This document shows, piece after piece, positions 1 through 12,312 of a DNA stretch of 64,000 nt. The notes under the pieces are model-generated. The model had not been told where the DNA came from, made no database searches, and worked only from the letters and a program-made list of their open reading frames with translations. Numbering within the stretch: position 1 is the stretch's first letter; the number at the start of each line of letters is the position of its first letter. The stretch comes from Xylographa opegraphella (taxonomy: Eukaryota), in the NCBI GenBank assembly GCA_022813865.1, contig JALDZX010000002.1, forward strand, positions 434,001 to 498,000, in the 5' to 3' direction. Made by a program: the position numbers and the translations under genes.

Positions 1-663
1 GACGGATCGCGCGCTCTGGAGAATCAAGTCCGCATCCAGGGCCCCTCAACATTCGCGCTTGGGCCTTAGGCACCGATCCATCAACACTTCTGTACAGACA
101 TCAAGCCAAACCACATTGGTTAGGGACACAATTTGCAAGAAGTGTTAATCGAAAAGGTGGTCGGGTTCAGCTCACTCTTCTTCGACGCTGTGAATATCCG
201 TCGTGAGGGTGATGTTGTGCTAGTAAGACATTTGGCGATGCGATTCTTGGCAGTCACGTGGTCAAGCAAGATTTATACACGTGCGTGAAGTCCAGACTGC
301 ACTCTGCTTCTCTATAACATATTATACTACTTGATCCTACTTTCGGGAATTCTCTGACCAGCGGCCTCTGTGTCTTAAGTTCTGTACGACGATAAATAAA
401 TGCCACGTTTGCTGTGCTTGGAGCTCGGTCACTCTATAGTAAGCACCGTAAATATATCAAATAGAGTTGAATCGGCTCCTGCTCTGAAAGCCAACCTCTT
501 GACTGTGGGCTACTGATACTTTACTGCTGTATATTATCAAAACTAGGATACCACGAAAACCGGTCCAATAGTTCCACAAGGCTCAAGAGAATCTACCACA
601 ATATAGATAATTTAATGAGGCTATAAACACCACTGTCTATCTATAAAACCTAGTCTATAGCAT

Positions 664-1240
664 CTATAGCTTCGCCTTTGTACCTATCTGCGCTTTCTTC
701 AATATTGGTTCCATTTTTGTAGCCTTCATAACGTTCCCCTTCACCTTCAGTTTCCCTGACATGAACAGCCGTTGCGCCTGGGTCTTTCCTGCAACCAGCT
801 TGCTGAAGTCGTCGTCAGATAATGAGAGAGTGACTGCCAGCATTAAGTCAGCAGTAGTTCCGATGGCATCCGCAGGTATGTAGAGCTTAATCTGGTCATA
901 CACGCCGCATGGAACTCCGAGGAGGATCAGTTATCCGCAATATGGGACTCACCATCAGCTTTACCGCCTTTAGGAGCCTCTCCCTTGGCAACCTCACCCT
1001 TGTCCTTCAGATCAATATACCAACTATCCGTCTCGCCCTGTGCGTTTTTCAGGACAAAAGCGAAGATGGCTTGCCCGGCCTTCACAGCACTCTTGCGCTC
1101 GGCATCATCGGATTGCAAAGAGCTGTTGATGGCATCGAACGCTACCGATGAGGGGAAGGAGTCTTGCCAGAAGTGCCAATGTCAGCAGCAATAAAGCACG
1201 AGGATTTAGCTGCAAGTGAAGTACCGTTCTTGAGAGACAT
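664..1240 (-). CDS. SCP2 sterol-carrier domain protein (POX18-like peroxisomal lipid-binding protein), 3 exons
   Basis: Spliced model MSLKN/DSFPSSVAFDAI...WYIDLKDKGEVAKG...AD/VTLSLSDDDFSKLVAGKTQAQRLFMSGKLKVKGNVMKA. It has the SCP2 signature and a C-terminal PTS1 (-AKL). Introns are GT-AG. Confidence 0.92.
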
Positions 1241-1489
1241 GATGCAGGTAGACGTGTGACACCTCGATTGGTCGCTGTGTTCAACAGTCCGAGTCGCACC
1301 TTCCGTGTACAAGGCGAGAGAGTATGTGCCGACTTTCTCCAAGCCAGGAGTCAATATCGAACAGTCTGAAATCGAATGATCATGACAACACGAGAGTCTG
1401 CAGACCGGCGTTGCAGTTGAACTCTGGTGGATCGCTGGCATGTGATGAGGCTTGCGGCGCCATCCAGCTTGACGCATGCGGAACTCGGG

Positions 1490-1495
1490 CCGAGG
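1490..1495. promoter_or_regulatory. CCGAGG/CCTCGG FarA/FarB (Ctf1)-type fatty-acid response motif upstream of the SCP2 gene
   Basis: Exact hexamer 250 bp upstream of the ATG of a peroxisomal lipid gene. A second copy lies in intron 2 (917-922). Short motif, so function is inferred. Confidence 0.4.
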
Positions 1496-2049
1496 CACAG
1501 ACCTTGAATCCGGAGTACCTCTGTATCAAGTAGAGCCATCTCATGTATTATAAAAAATTTTCAGTCGTAGAAACTCAGTGGCTTTCACGATTTTGGCTAT
1601 ATCTTCCAGGTTGTGAGTGGCTGCTTCCTGTCAATGTAAACCGAGCTCGGAAAGCCACCAAAGTCTTCACCACAGTCCTTCACCAAAGGTCCCCGCCAAA
1701 GCCGTTGCAGTCCTTTTGAAGCTGGATCATTGCAAGATACGACGGGATCAGACACCATGTAATTAGTATGGAAGGACAGGAGGGTTTTTGAGATCTGTCA
1801 AATTGGTCACGGCGCAAAACTACGAATTCGTTTTATTAATAGTAAAAGCATGCGATTAGTCTAGATACTGTTATTTGCCAAATGAGGTGCATATGGGGAA
1901 AGCTCAACCCACGCTGAACTTGAAAAAGTAAGCTGCAGTCGTCTTGAATGGCAAATTCAGAACGTTACAGGTGATGCGATCATCGACTTCATTTAATTGC
2001 GTTAAAATGCTATACACAACAACCTAGTCCTTGGTCCACCCACCCGACC

Positions 2050-3447
2050 TCACCGCCACGCCAACACAGAACTTCGCAGAAACCTCCTCATATGCTCCTC
2101 CGTACCCCAGAATAGGCCCCTACCCCTTGCACCCATCGCCTTGCCCCATGCGCCCGTCCCTGGCGCCGGACTCCTCAAGTGTCGTTGTTCCTTCCTCATC
2201 CGCTCCATCACCCCCTCCTGCTCCCTCCTCACCCTCTGCACTTCCCCATCCTCCAATCCAACCGGACTCAGCACCAGCGGCACATCCATCACCTCCTCGC
2301 TCTTTTTCTTCCATCTTTCGTTGCCACTGATCCGCGTCAGCGGCGCCAACGCCTCGTCCCAAGTTCCGGATCGCAGATTGGAGTCTTCGAAGTTGAACTC
2401 TGTGATTGACCGTCGATGTGCCGTGATGAAACTGGAAACCTGGCTCGCGTCGAGGGTCGCGTTTTCGACTTCCATGAAGCGAAGGCGGGCGAATTTCAAC
2501 GGTCGTAAGGCAAGATGGCAGCGTCGAGGGCAGGCGAGTGGCGGGCTTGGTGTAGTGAGAGGAAGTTCGGAGCCGAGGGCGAGGGGGAAAGGGCCTTTGG
2601 AGCCGTTCCAGCGGAAGACGAGGCGGCGGACGGAGCACGACAAAGTTTGGAGGTAGGAATGCAGAAGCTTGAGATGATCCGTTGGACTGGTCGGACCGCA
2701 AGGGATAGTATCCATGTGGATGGCGAGCTTACGAATCTGTCGCCAGCGTTTGGCGGAGCTGGGGAGAGTGCCGAATCCCATTGTAGGGTTGAGGTAAAGA
2801 AGGGAGCCAGGATGGATCGCAAGAAGGGATAGAGTGTCAAGATCTGGAAGGGGACTGCGCTCAACGGCGATGCGGAGGGATATAAGTGCATAGTCCACTG
2901 TACTGCGGCGATAGCGATGAGCCGATTCCTGGCCGGGGCATGATATCTTTAGGTGTTTGAGGTGTGGAAGAGTCGAGAATGCGCGGATGAAGGAGGGCAC
3001 GTTGGCTGCAGCGTGAAAAAGAGGCGGGTATTGCTTCACCAAGAGGTCTGTCATTTCCCAGCTTCCGTAAGTTGGGACGCTGAGACGAGCTGCAGATGAT
3101 CTGGCGGGCAAGCAACACGGCTCGTAGACGAAAGTAACTTCTTCGCCGGTGACACTGTCAAGTAGTGGTGGCAGAAAGGTATCTGGTCCGTGAGGCATGT
3201 TGAACGTGAGCTCCCGAACGTGGTGACCTACCCTCTCCAAGGCAGCCATGCGGGCAGGTTTAGTGAAGGTACTGGGTCGAAAGGTGATGGCAAGTTGTCT
3301 GAACAGAAACGGAGCTGTCCGTACGCCGAAATCATGACAGGCTAAGCGTAGCGAACAGAGGTCTTCCTTAGGCACGTATGAGAGGAAATTCTCGCGCACC
3401 GTATCTGTCCACCAGAACTGGAGAAAGGCAGAGGTCGAAGACATCAT
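2050..3447 (-). CDS. Conserved fungal protein with N-terminal F-box-like motif and LRR/RNI-like body
   Basis: Intronless 465-aa ORF. FLSYVPKEDLCSLRLACHDF is F-box-like, followed by LxxLxL-type segments. Confidence 0.8.
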   Translation of the reverse strand: MMSSTSAFLQFWWTDTVRENFLSYVPKEDLCSLRLACHDFGVRTAPFLFRQLAITFRPSTFTKPARMAALERVGHHVRELTFNMPHGPDTFLPPLLDSVTGEEVTFVYEPCCLPARSSAARLSVPTYGSWEMTDLLVKQYPPLFHAAANVPSFIRAFSTLPHLKHLKISCPGQESAHRYRRSTVDYALISLRIAVERSPLPDLDTLSLLAIHPGSLLYLNPTMGFGTLPSSAKRWRQIRKLAIHMDTIPCGPTSPTDHLKLLHSYLQTLSCSVRRLVFRWNGSKGPFPLALGSELPLTTPSPPLACPRRCHLALRPLKFARLRFMEVENATLDASQVSSFITAHRRSITEFNFEDSNLRSGTWDEALAPLTRISGNERWKKKSEEVMDVPLVLSPVGLEDGEVQRVRREQEGVMERMRKEQRHLRSPAPGTGAWGKAMGARGRGLFWGTEEHMRRFLRSSVLAWR

Positions 3448-5904
3448 GACATAGACTGCGGCTACTTCGAGATATGAACTTGTAGTAATTGATGTCAGAC
3501 AAGTCTGCTACTGTGAATACCAGAAAGGTGTCTCATACAATGTGGAGAATGCCAGCCAATTCCTTCCATCCACTCCAGGACTCGATTGACCGTAGACCGG
3601 TGAATTCGATTCCACAAATCAATGGCATAAACCAGAAAACCAATTGAACAATGGCATGAAATTGCAATACAGTGTATCGATGTCCAACAATGCGATCATC
3701 CCAATTGAGTAAGGATACCTTAGGAAAGATGAGGCCACACATTGAGGCATGCCTCAAACATAAGGAAATCCACCGCCAAACACGTATCTCACGCTCCCCA
3801 GCCTCGATAAACAACTCGCGAGTGTGAGTCACCGACTCTCCACTCCGATTTCCATAAGATCAACCCATTTCGCCGCTCTAGAAGTGCCTGCACAGTGCTT
3901 TCAAGACGGGCGCTGCAGTAGGATGTCACGAATCTTGCGCGGTCGTGAGGCCAGGCAGGAGCGTGAAGGCCGCCGTCAATTGGCCTTATTATGTAGGGTG
4001 GCTGGCACGCTTGTGGACGGACGAATGGGAAGCTCGGGATTGAGGGAGATCGGTGCCGGGGCGACTCCACGGGCCTCGCGCCATCGATGGTCGAGTTTGT
4101 GGTCGCGTGAAGGCTTTCTCCATACACGCGTTGGGTGCTTCCAGAAGTGGCGGGAAGAGCTCCAAAGATGCTTCTTTTGGACCACTCGGGTCGCGCCCTA
4201 CGTGTTGAACCATCGGTATCGGCCACACTTCTGCGACGCGGTGCCTCCGTGCTCGTTGTAGCAGTATGAGTTCGAGGCTGGAAAATACACAGTACACACC
4301 AACCAGTGGCACTCCACGAATCGGGCCAGCATGTTCTTGTGATGGCGAGGCATCGAAAGAAGCTAGATCTCTACGGAGTACACATTATTGTTTCGTTTCG
4401 TTTTGGCTCCAATGTTTCGAATCGTGGCTCTACGAGATAGCTACGCGAACGGAATATACTGATGTAATGAATGTACACGCGTGCTTCGATCCTTACACGC
4501 GAAATGCATGTTCCCCCACTGAGATCCTCAACGGCTTAGCTTACCTTAGCTCAATCAGCAAACGCGCATATGCATACAAAGCTCAAGTAGTTTCCCCTCC
4601 CACAACGACACCCCCCTCGGCCGGGTTTGATCCTACAGGCAATGGTCTCAACACCGGTCGCGGCACAGATCCGTGATCCTCGTGATTGGCCGATGCGTTG
4701 CGACTCGAATCTGACGCGCTCTCCAGAGGATCCAGAGGAGCCTTTCCACTCACAAACGGGAGCGGCACATCCTCTTCTGAGACCGTGATGTCGGCCGGTG
4801 GGCCGTTAACCTGCACAGTCGACTCTGTTCCAAGGCCATCCTTTGGATCGACGCACGCTCCAGAAGCTGTGCGAGAGGACGCTGGGACGACACATGGGCC
4901 CAACAGAGCACGTAGCGTAAGCGAGCGAGGCAAGGCGAAGGTGGAGGAGAGAGGAGCGGCGATCGCTGTCGTGGTCTTAGCAAGTATGACAGCAGAGCCC
5001 AGAGATGTTACTGACCTGAGGACAAGAGTCCAATGTACGCCACCACGAAGCCTTTCAGCATCCTTAACCCTGGTGGCTCGAATGCGCGGATTTGAAAACC
5101 GATGATCCTCTTCGGTCGACTATTGTGTCAATACGTCCGAGGCTGCTTTCTCTATCAAGCTAGATATTTCTTTGCCGTGTCCTCCGTATAAATGATTCAA
5201 GAATGGGCATGGCGCGATGATGCCACGGGGATTTGTTTGAGCTATACGCGCCTTCAGCGAACCTATACATGTCCACGCAGTCCGCGACTGCTTGAGATGC
5301 GCCGTGACAAGTATAATGGAGTGGCTTGATTGGCGAAGAGACGTGGCCGCCAATCAAAGGCTACGTGTTTTTCACAATGTGATGGCAAAAACACTTTCAA
5401 CACCGCGCTCTCACGCTCATTGACTTTCAATGATGAAGTAGAAATTCATGATAAGATTCGGGTGTCCAAGAGTAATTCAATCGGACAACATGTATGCCTA
5501 TTATGGCAAGGATTAGTCAAACTATTATGACCGGACCACCAGCGTACATGTTCCACTTTCACCCCTATTGCCCATCGACGGCACCCCGGCGCCATACTAT
5601 GTTGCTATCCCTATGTACCGCAGTCTTTGAAATAGATGAGTTGGAAGCCGGCCTCTACCTCGATCTTCAGCGCAGAATAACGCCGGCGGCACAGCCAAAA
5701 ACCGAATGGTCCTTTCCAGTACTTTTTCAGAATGTATAACCAGAGAATCGAGTTGAAATATAGAGTGAGATGCGAGCCCTTCGACATCTCAAGGGAAGGT
5801 GTGTTGTAGTCAAAAGACGACCACGCATTTCGCGTATGTTCATCGAAGCCGCACCGGAGTCACCAGCGTGTCAATCCAAATTATCCACAGAAGAAATCCT
5901 GGGG

Positions 5905-8900
5905 CTACGACAGAGGCGACACAGCATCATCCTGGACAGGCTCTTTGTCCATCAGAGTGTTACTTGAATCAGTGTTCGAGTTCTGTGCAATTATGTCCGG
6001 TTTTTTGGTTCTCGATGTATTCGTGTCCATTGGTGGACTGTCCGGCTCCTCCGGTGCCTCTTCAATAGTAGCGCAATATCGCTTTAAGACTTGTTTCAGG
6101 GCAGGCCGTCGGATGGGCTTAGGAAGAAAGAAGTCCATGCCGGAGTCCAGGCATTCCTTTACGTTGCTCTCCTCAGCAAAAGCGGTTAAAGCTACAATGG
6201 GAGCAGAGAACCCCATTTCACGGATAAGGCGTGTGCTCTGAAGGCCATCGAGATTAGGCATCTAAACAACATCAGATGAAAGATCCAGAAGCCTAAGAGA
6301 TTAGTCGTCATACCTGGATATCCATGAAGACTAGATTGAAAAGCTTATTTTGTTCCATGGACTCTTTCACCAAGTCAAATGCTTCCTGCCCATCTTTGGC
6401 TACAGTAACATCTACAGGCAGTGTAAGCGGAACTGTTAATATATAGCAGGAGATTATCATATGACCCACCATAAATATCCTCAAGCTTTAGCATCCTTAA
6501 GACAACTTCTTGATTGACTGAGTTCTAGCTTAGTTGACATTCTTATCAAAAGATGGTAGGACCTTCGACCTACCAATATTGTCCTCAGCCACTAGTACTC
6601 GTACCTTGTCACCGCTTCTGGTAGCTTCAGCGGTTACTCGATCCATAGCTGTGAGCCGTTCTTTCGGCGTTTCGCTTAAGGGCGGACTTGTGGCGAAGAA
6701 AGGTTGACTTAGGCCCACCAGGCGTGGTTTGCTCGCGGGGCTATCGAATCCTGTAGTTACGGGTAATATTTCGGTTGGGGATTTTAATGGAAGATCCGTT
6801 GCTGAATGAGATCTTCCAGGCGTGTGCGGCTCGTCTCTAAGCGAACTTACCGTGACACTGTTCCGACGAGAATTGAGATTGAGATGTGAGCTAGTTGTAC
6901 TGTCCGCTTTCTCCTTTGTAAATCTAGTCGGTGTTAGCCAAATTCGGCACGGGTTTATGGGTAAATTTTTATACTTCAGTGGTATTCGCATTGTGAAGGC
7001 ACTACCGACGCTAACATCACTCTTTAGTGAGATTGATCCTCTCATCAGAGTGGCTAGTTGCGAGCAGATACTAAGTCCAAGACCGGTGCCACCATATTTC
7101 CTGCTCAGGCCAAGATCACCCTGGACGAATGGCTCGAAGACTTTCTTCTGCTGCTCTGGTGGTATACCAGGACCGGTATCTATAACTTCGAATTCAAATA
7201 AAAGCGTTCTTGCATTGATCGGTGGTGGAGAGAGAGAACGCTCACGGAATGACGACTCCGAGAAATATTTCGGCTCCCTGCTGTTGATTTGAAGAGCAGT
7301 CTCCATGTTCTTAGTTACGTCTCCATCGTGTTTTGCACCGCTTGTCGTTTGGTTTTCCAAAGCTGATGCAACACGGGCTCGAGTTCTCGAGGTTCTAGAC
7401 GAGTGTTGTTTGGACTGTCTGGACTGTTTCGATTGTGTAGAACCTTTCCGGCTACTAGGTGCTTTCTCGGTGTCAGTTTCTCCAACACATCTAATGTGGA
7501 CATCCACAGATCCACCAGGCGGAGTAAACTTCCTAGTGATTGTTAGTCTTTCCAAGGCAAGTCAGTCTTGTGATTCTTACAGGCTGTTGTTCACAAGGTT
7601 AATGACGACTTGTAATATACGATGCTGGTCTCCCCACAAGCACATGTCGCGGACCCGCCCTGTTCCAAATGGGCCGTAGCCTGATTGTCCGGGAGTTCCC
7701 GATGCAGTATCAAGGCTTTCGTGTGGGCCTTCAAATTGAACCCTTAGACTTATAGATCCTTCCTTGGCCTGCTTCTCGAATATTGATAAGATCTGAGAGC
7801 TTACATCCGCAATGCGGAATTCCTTTTCGTCCAAGGAGAGCTGTTGCCCGATTTGATTCTTGCTGAACGTCAAAAGATCCGTGAGTAGGTGAAGCAGCAA
7901 ATCTCCACTTTTGTAGATTATCCCGAGAGACCGCTTGATCTTAGTGTGATCTTCTTCTTGCATGCAAACAGCGCACATACCCATGATACCGTTGAGTGGT
8001 GTCTTTAGCTCATGAGATATGTTTGCTATGAAGAGGGTCTTCGATTCATTTGCTGCCTCTGCAGCTTTTTTGCTTAGCTCAAGGTCATGCGTCCGTTGCC
8101 GTACTTTCTCTTCCAGTCTCTCATACTGCATCATTAGCTCCTCACTCATCTCATTGAACGTTGTCGTGAGATCCGTGAGTTCGTCATGAATGAAATGCTT
8201 TCTATCTAGGACTTTTCCAGGAATGCGAAAAGTCTCCCGACGCTGGCCATCATGAACTCGTTTGTCTCTTTTCGCTTTCCGCCGGGTAGTTCGCCACTGA
8301 GCCAAAGGCCCCATGAAACCCTCTTTCCTGCCTACAACAGCCATGTTTTCTTCGTCGCCAGACAATCCTCGCTCATCATCTACTGAAACAGAACTGCGAA
8401 CGCTCCCGCTATCAGATTGATAGCCGTAAGGATCGACGGTCCGTTTGGTCGCAGCTCGAAGTCTACGGATTGGCCGCACGGAATAGTGGGCGATCGGTAT
8501 TAGCAGAAGCATAATGCCACCCGTAGTGCCGAAAACGCAGGCCAAGAGAACATTCCGAAGATGAACAGTTGGTTGCAGAATCTCGCTATTGTCTTGCTCG
8601 ACCAGCACAATCCAGTCGACCAGGTTCGTTTGCGGAAATGAATATCCAACTGCGACACTATCACCTTCCTCGTTTGTTGAGTCCACAAGACTACCGGCAT
8701 TGTTCAGTGCATGATTGTTTATGGTGATAGCGTTCTCAGCAGCAGGATAGTCCTTTAGCGGAAATGAACCACCTGGCTGGCCGTATGCAAAAGCAGAATG
8801 ACGTGTGCTTCGAGTCTCGTTTTGCACGGGAGGCAATACGAAGCGAACTTCCTGATCATCCACCAATATCTTATTCAGCTGCGTAGGACTGTTGTATTTG

Positions 8901-9838
8901 ATACCTGGGGGAAACTTGTTGTCAACGGAATCTGGACCGATGATGAGTATTACTCCGCTGTTGCCCAGTCCCTCCAATGATCTCTCAACATTATACAGCA
9001 ACTGTGCATTGGCAACCACTGTAAGCCATCCTAGAATATCAATAGCTGAGGTATTGTTTATGATAGGCATAGTGATAGAAAGGAGGGCAAAAGACTCATT
9101 GATCTGCCAAGGCCCGAGGAGCAACGTAGAGTTAGAATAAAGCGGACGTCCATCACAGAAGGCGTTCGAGATATTGAAGGTGCTGTTTACGACGGTGGAC
9201 GTGTATGTAAAGTTAGGATAGAGAGCTGTGGGATAACCTTCTCCATCGTCACCAAGATACACAGATGAGCCGTTATTATAATCGAAGGGTAAGGCTATTT
9301 CTCCGCCGATGTCGGTCCCGGTAACATTGACGAGTCCATACTTACTGTTGATCCCTGTGCCGTTCTTAGAAAACACTCGAGCTTGAAACAGGTATTGTGA
9401 TGCGCCTCCTCCAGCAAGTGCACTTATTAAGTCCGATTCAGCTCTGACCCAGTTCGAATCAGTATCGTTTCCCATATCATTGTATCTCTGTAATGCGGTT
9501 TGCATGAGAACCCGCGTAGACATGGCTTGTACACTTGATTCCAGGAGTACGACGTTCGATTGTAACTGTTCGGAATACAATGAAGCGGTGAGGGACAGAC
9601 TTGAGAGTCTTATAGCCAGTCAGCATTGGTCAGCGAAAGCAGGAGGTCTTACTTACCCAATTCCGACGACATAATTATAGTTTGTCTCCCACTACACATG
9701 GTCATAAGCTCAAGTCGATAGGAGACATGGTTAAGGAGAATGGGTTTGACTCACGGTGGCAATGGCTATGACGGCCAACCCAATCAGAGAGCATAGTAGG
9801 GTCAAGAGACCAAGCTGCTCTCGAATATTGACCCTCAT
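5905..9838 (-). CDS. SLN1: Transmembrane hybrid histidine kinase, Sln1/TcsB-type osmosensor
   Basis: Two TM segments flank an extracellular loop rich in N-x-S/T sites. H-box [16 protein letters not shown]-boxes DTGPGIP and [10 protein letters not shown], and a receiver domain (VLVAEDN...FMDIQMPNLDG...KP) are present. Seven GT-AG introns traced. Confidence 0.93.
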
Positions 9839-10699
9839 ACTTGAATCGACTGAATGTCCCTCGACTTGCTCCAGGCAATGCTGTCCACTACCACAGCGGC
9901 ACTGCGTTCGTGTTCTAGTGTTCAAGGCGCTCCGAAGCTATCTACAGCTCCACTTCAGGGCACAGCGATAGTACTCAATGACTGGCGTCTGCAGATGTGG
10001 AGATTCCCCTCCATGCCGTGCCAGTGATTGGTTTTGGCCGTGCCTCGTATCTCCACTGGGCAAGAGAAATGCGGGGAGTCTAGTTGGGAGTTGGTGGTGG
10101 ACTCGAAAGCGAATAGTAATGAGGAATTATAGGCGATGACCCAGGCCTATATGGTGATGGATGATGGAGTGTCGTTGGTTGATCACTTTGTTCTGCTGTC
10201 CACCAACGCGGCCCCCAAATTCGGAGCAGAGATTCATTTGAGGCTCAGCACAATATAGGCGTGGCAGGTCGACGGCCGCTTTGGAGGGCGGAGATCGGCA
10301 ACGGATCGCTTATTCGTGCCTTTCCCAGGTGGCAGTCGGCCTGTTTAAGCGTCCGTTTGTCCCCTTTCCGTCCACTAATTTTAGCTTGTTCCCACCCGAA
10401 TACCTGGCTACAGAGGACATGAATATCTTACGAAGGAGTATCCGTAGTCTAGTCTACTTGATCGACAATCAAACACGAGCCGTTGTGATTTGGTATTTTG
10501 TTCCCTGTTGACCCTTCTCCTCCACGATTCACCCCACGTAATCGGCAAGAATAACGAGCAAGTTATCTTTTGTCTTTCAAGTTGCGAATGATACACCATG
10601 ACTGGCCGTTTGATTATGCTATCTAGACTATGAATGCCCCCAGAATTGCGCTTCGAAATCGATAGCCTGGAGACACTATTGATACTTACCATTTTCTAT

Positions 10700-11700
10700 A
10701 TAACAAACGACAGCTTCTTAGCATCCAAGAATGTGATCGTCCTTTGCAGATGAGTCTGGTTCCAATTGCCGACTCCAGTGAATGCAGTTGGTAATTATTG
10801 CTGGGGGATCCAGGATATCAGTTTCCACTATTGATTGAAGCGTGAAAAATAGCAGACCATATTCGACACTCCATGATGACTTATGCTTTCGATCATAGTC
10901 ACCCCCTATGATTTCATCAGGGAAATTCTGTGTTGGGTTCGCTGGTGACTGAACTTGGCTGATAGTGATGCTCCAGCGGACTATATCAATGATATCCTTA
11001 GACCAACCGGTGGACGGCGAGTGTATGATACAAATGAGCGCTCCATGTTGATATGATATAGAGAAAAACTTAGTCTGCGGCTGGCTTGCACATCTGGGTA
11101 CAGCAGGTACTCCGCGTATAGCCAGATTTGCCTTTGATACAGGAAGGCACCATCATGCCCAGCTTGTTATCTACTTACTGGCGCATGCAAGTGGGTTCCC
11201 AAATAGACAAGAGTGATACGAGAGACATGGTTGATATGAAATCAGCTGAACTTCATATCCCCAAGGATACCTACCAAGACTCGTCAATTTTCACACTTAC
11301 CAAGCTATCTCCCGAATTCTTGTCCATTCTCCTATCACAGAAATCTACCCGTTCCCGCTCCATCTCTGCGTCCATTTTGATGCAGATCGTTAGGAACTTC
11401 GGCTCCCACGATTTCGCGAATTCGCGGCCCTCACAACACCCGGTTCCGTGTTGCATTGCCAGGTTCCTCGCATTGTTTGCCACCAGTCGAATATTATCCT
11501 TCAGTGTTTTCAGGAAGCGAGGATCTCTATCCAAAAGTCATCGGCTTTATGCCTCTCGAAGCCCTAAATCGCGTTCGAGTGACGAGAACATGCGGTATAA
11601 GCTAATTGTAGCCCTCTGAGGCGCGTCGCGGAATCTGGTGCGGACGATGGTATTGTACCATCAGAACGAAACTAGTTCTCAGTAGGCTTGACCGTTGGAA
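10700..11700 (-). pseudogene. Possible decayed coding sequence of unknown family
   Basis: Protein-like minus-strand frame ...SSLERDLGLREA*SR*LLDRDPRFLKTLKDNIRL... is broken by stops. A second Met-less open frame lies near 10720-11010. No family recognised. Confidence 0.25.
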
Positions 11701-12312
11701 AGCTTGCCCATGGGCATCTGAATTCTAAAGTGAGAATATCACCAAGACAGTGGAATTTGGCGTGAAGACATGGGAGCGGATTGCTCACCAGCCACTGCCG
11801 ACGTGTGCTTTTTGTTAAGAGTATTGTTCAAATGTCTTTGTATTTCTGACTCGGTATCGTCCAGCCCGAACCATTTGGCGGAATTGGGCGTTCCATGGTG
11901 GACTTTAGTCTCCTCGAGGTGCCTTAATTTTAAGTTAGTTAGAACGGCAGCAGTCAAGGGCGGAAAGAGGGAGACGTTCCTGTGTGGGAAGCGATCGAAA
12001 GACCGCCTAACGGAAGCACTGCAAGCACTGTAGCATTGCGGCTGTAACGGTCCAGCAGCACAGGACTTGCAAGGCGCGGTCAGGAATTGTCGGACCTTTG
12101 ATAGACGAGGGTGGTGGAACCCGTCCACACGTGTGTTCTGCAAGTGCCTGTGCCCAGACATGACTAGCTTCTCCACTTTCCCCACGATTGCTGGCGATCT
12201 CCAAATATTGGCTGATCCCCGCCAACCATTGGACCTGAGGAACGAGTTCGATGATATCCCAAGCCGTCTTTCCAAGCTCCACGCAGAGTCACCATGCTCC
12301 AGCAATCTCACT

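Noticed and set aside
1..300. Possible first exon/intron (GTGAGC at 176, CAG at about 92) and CACGTG boxes of a minus-strand gene leaving the window
   Set aside because: No sustained reading frame inside the window, so the product cannot be called.
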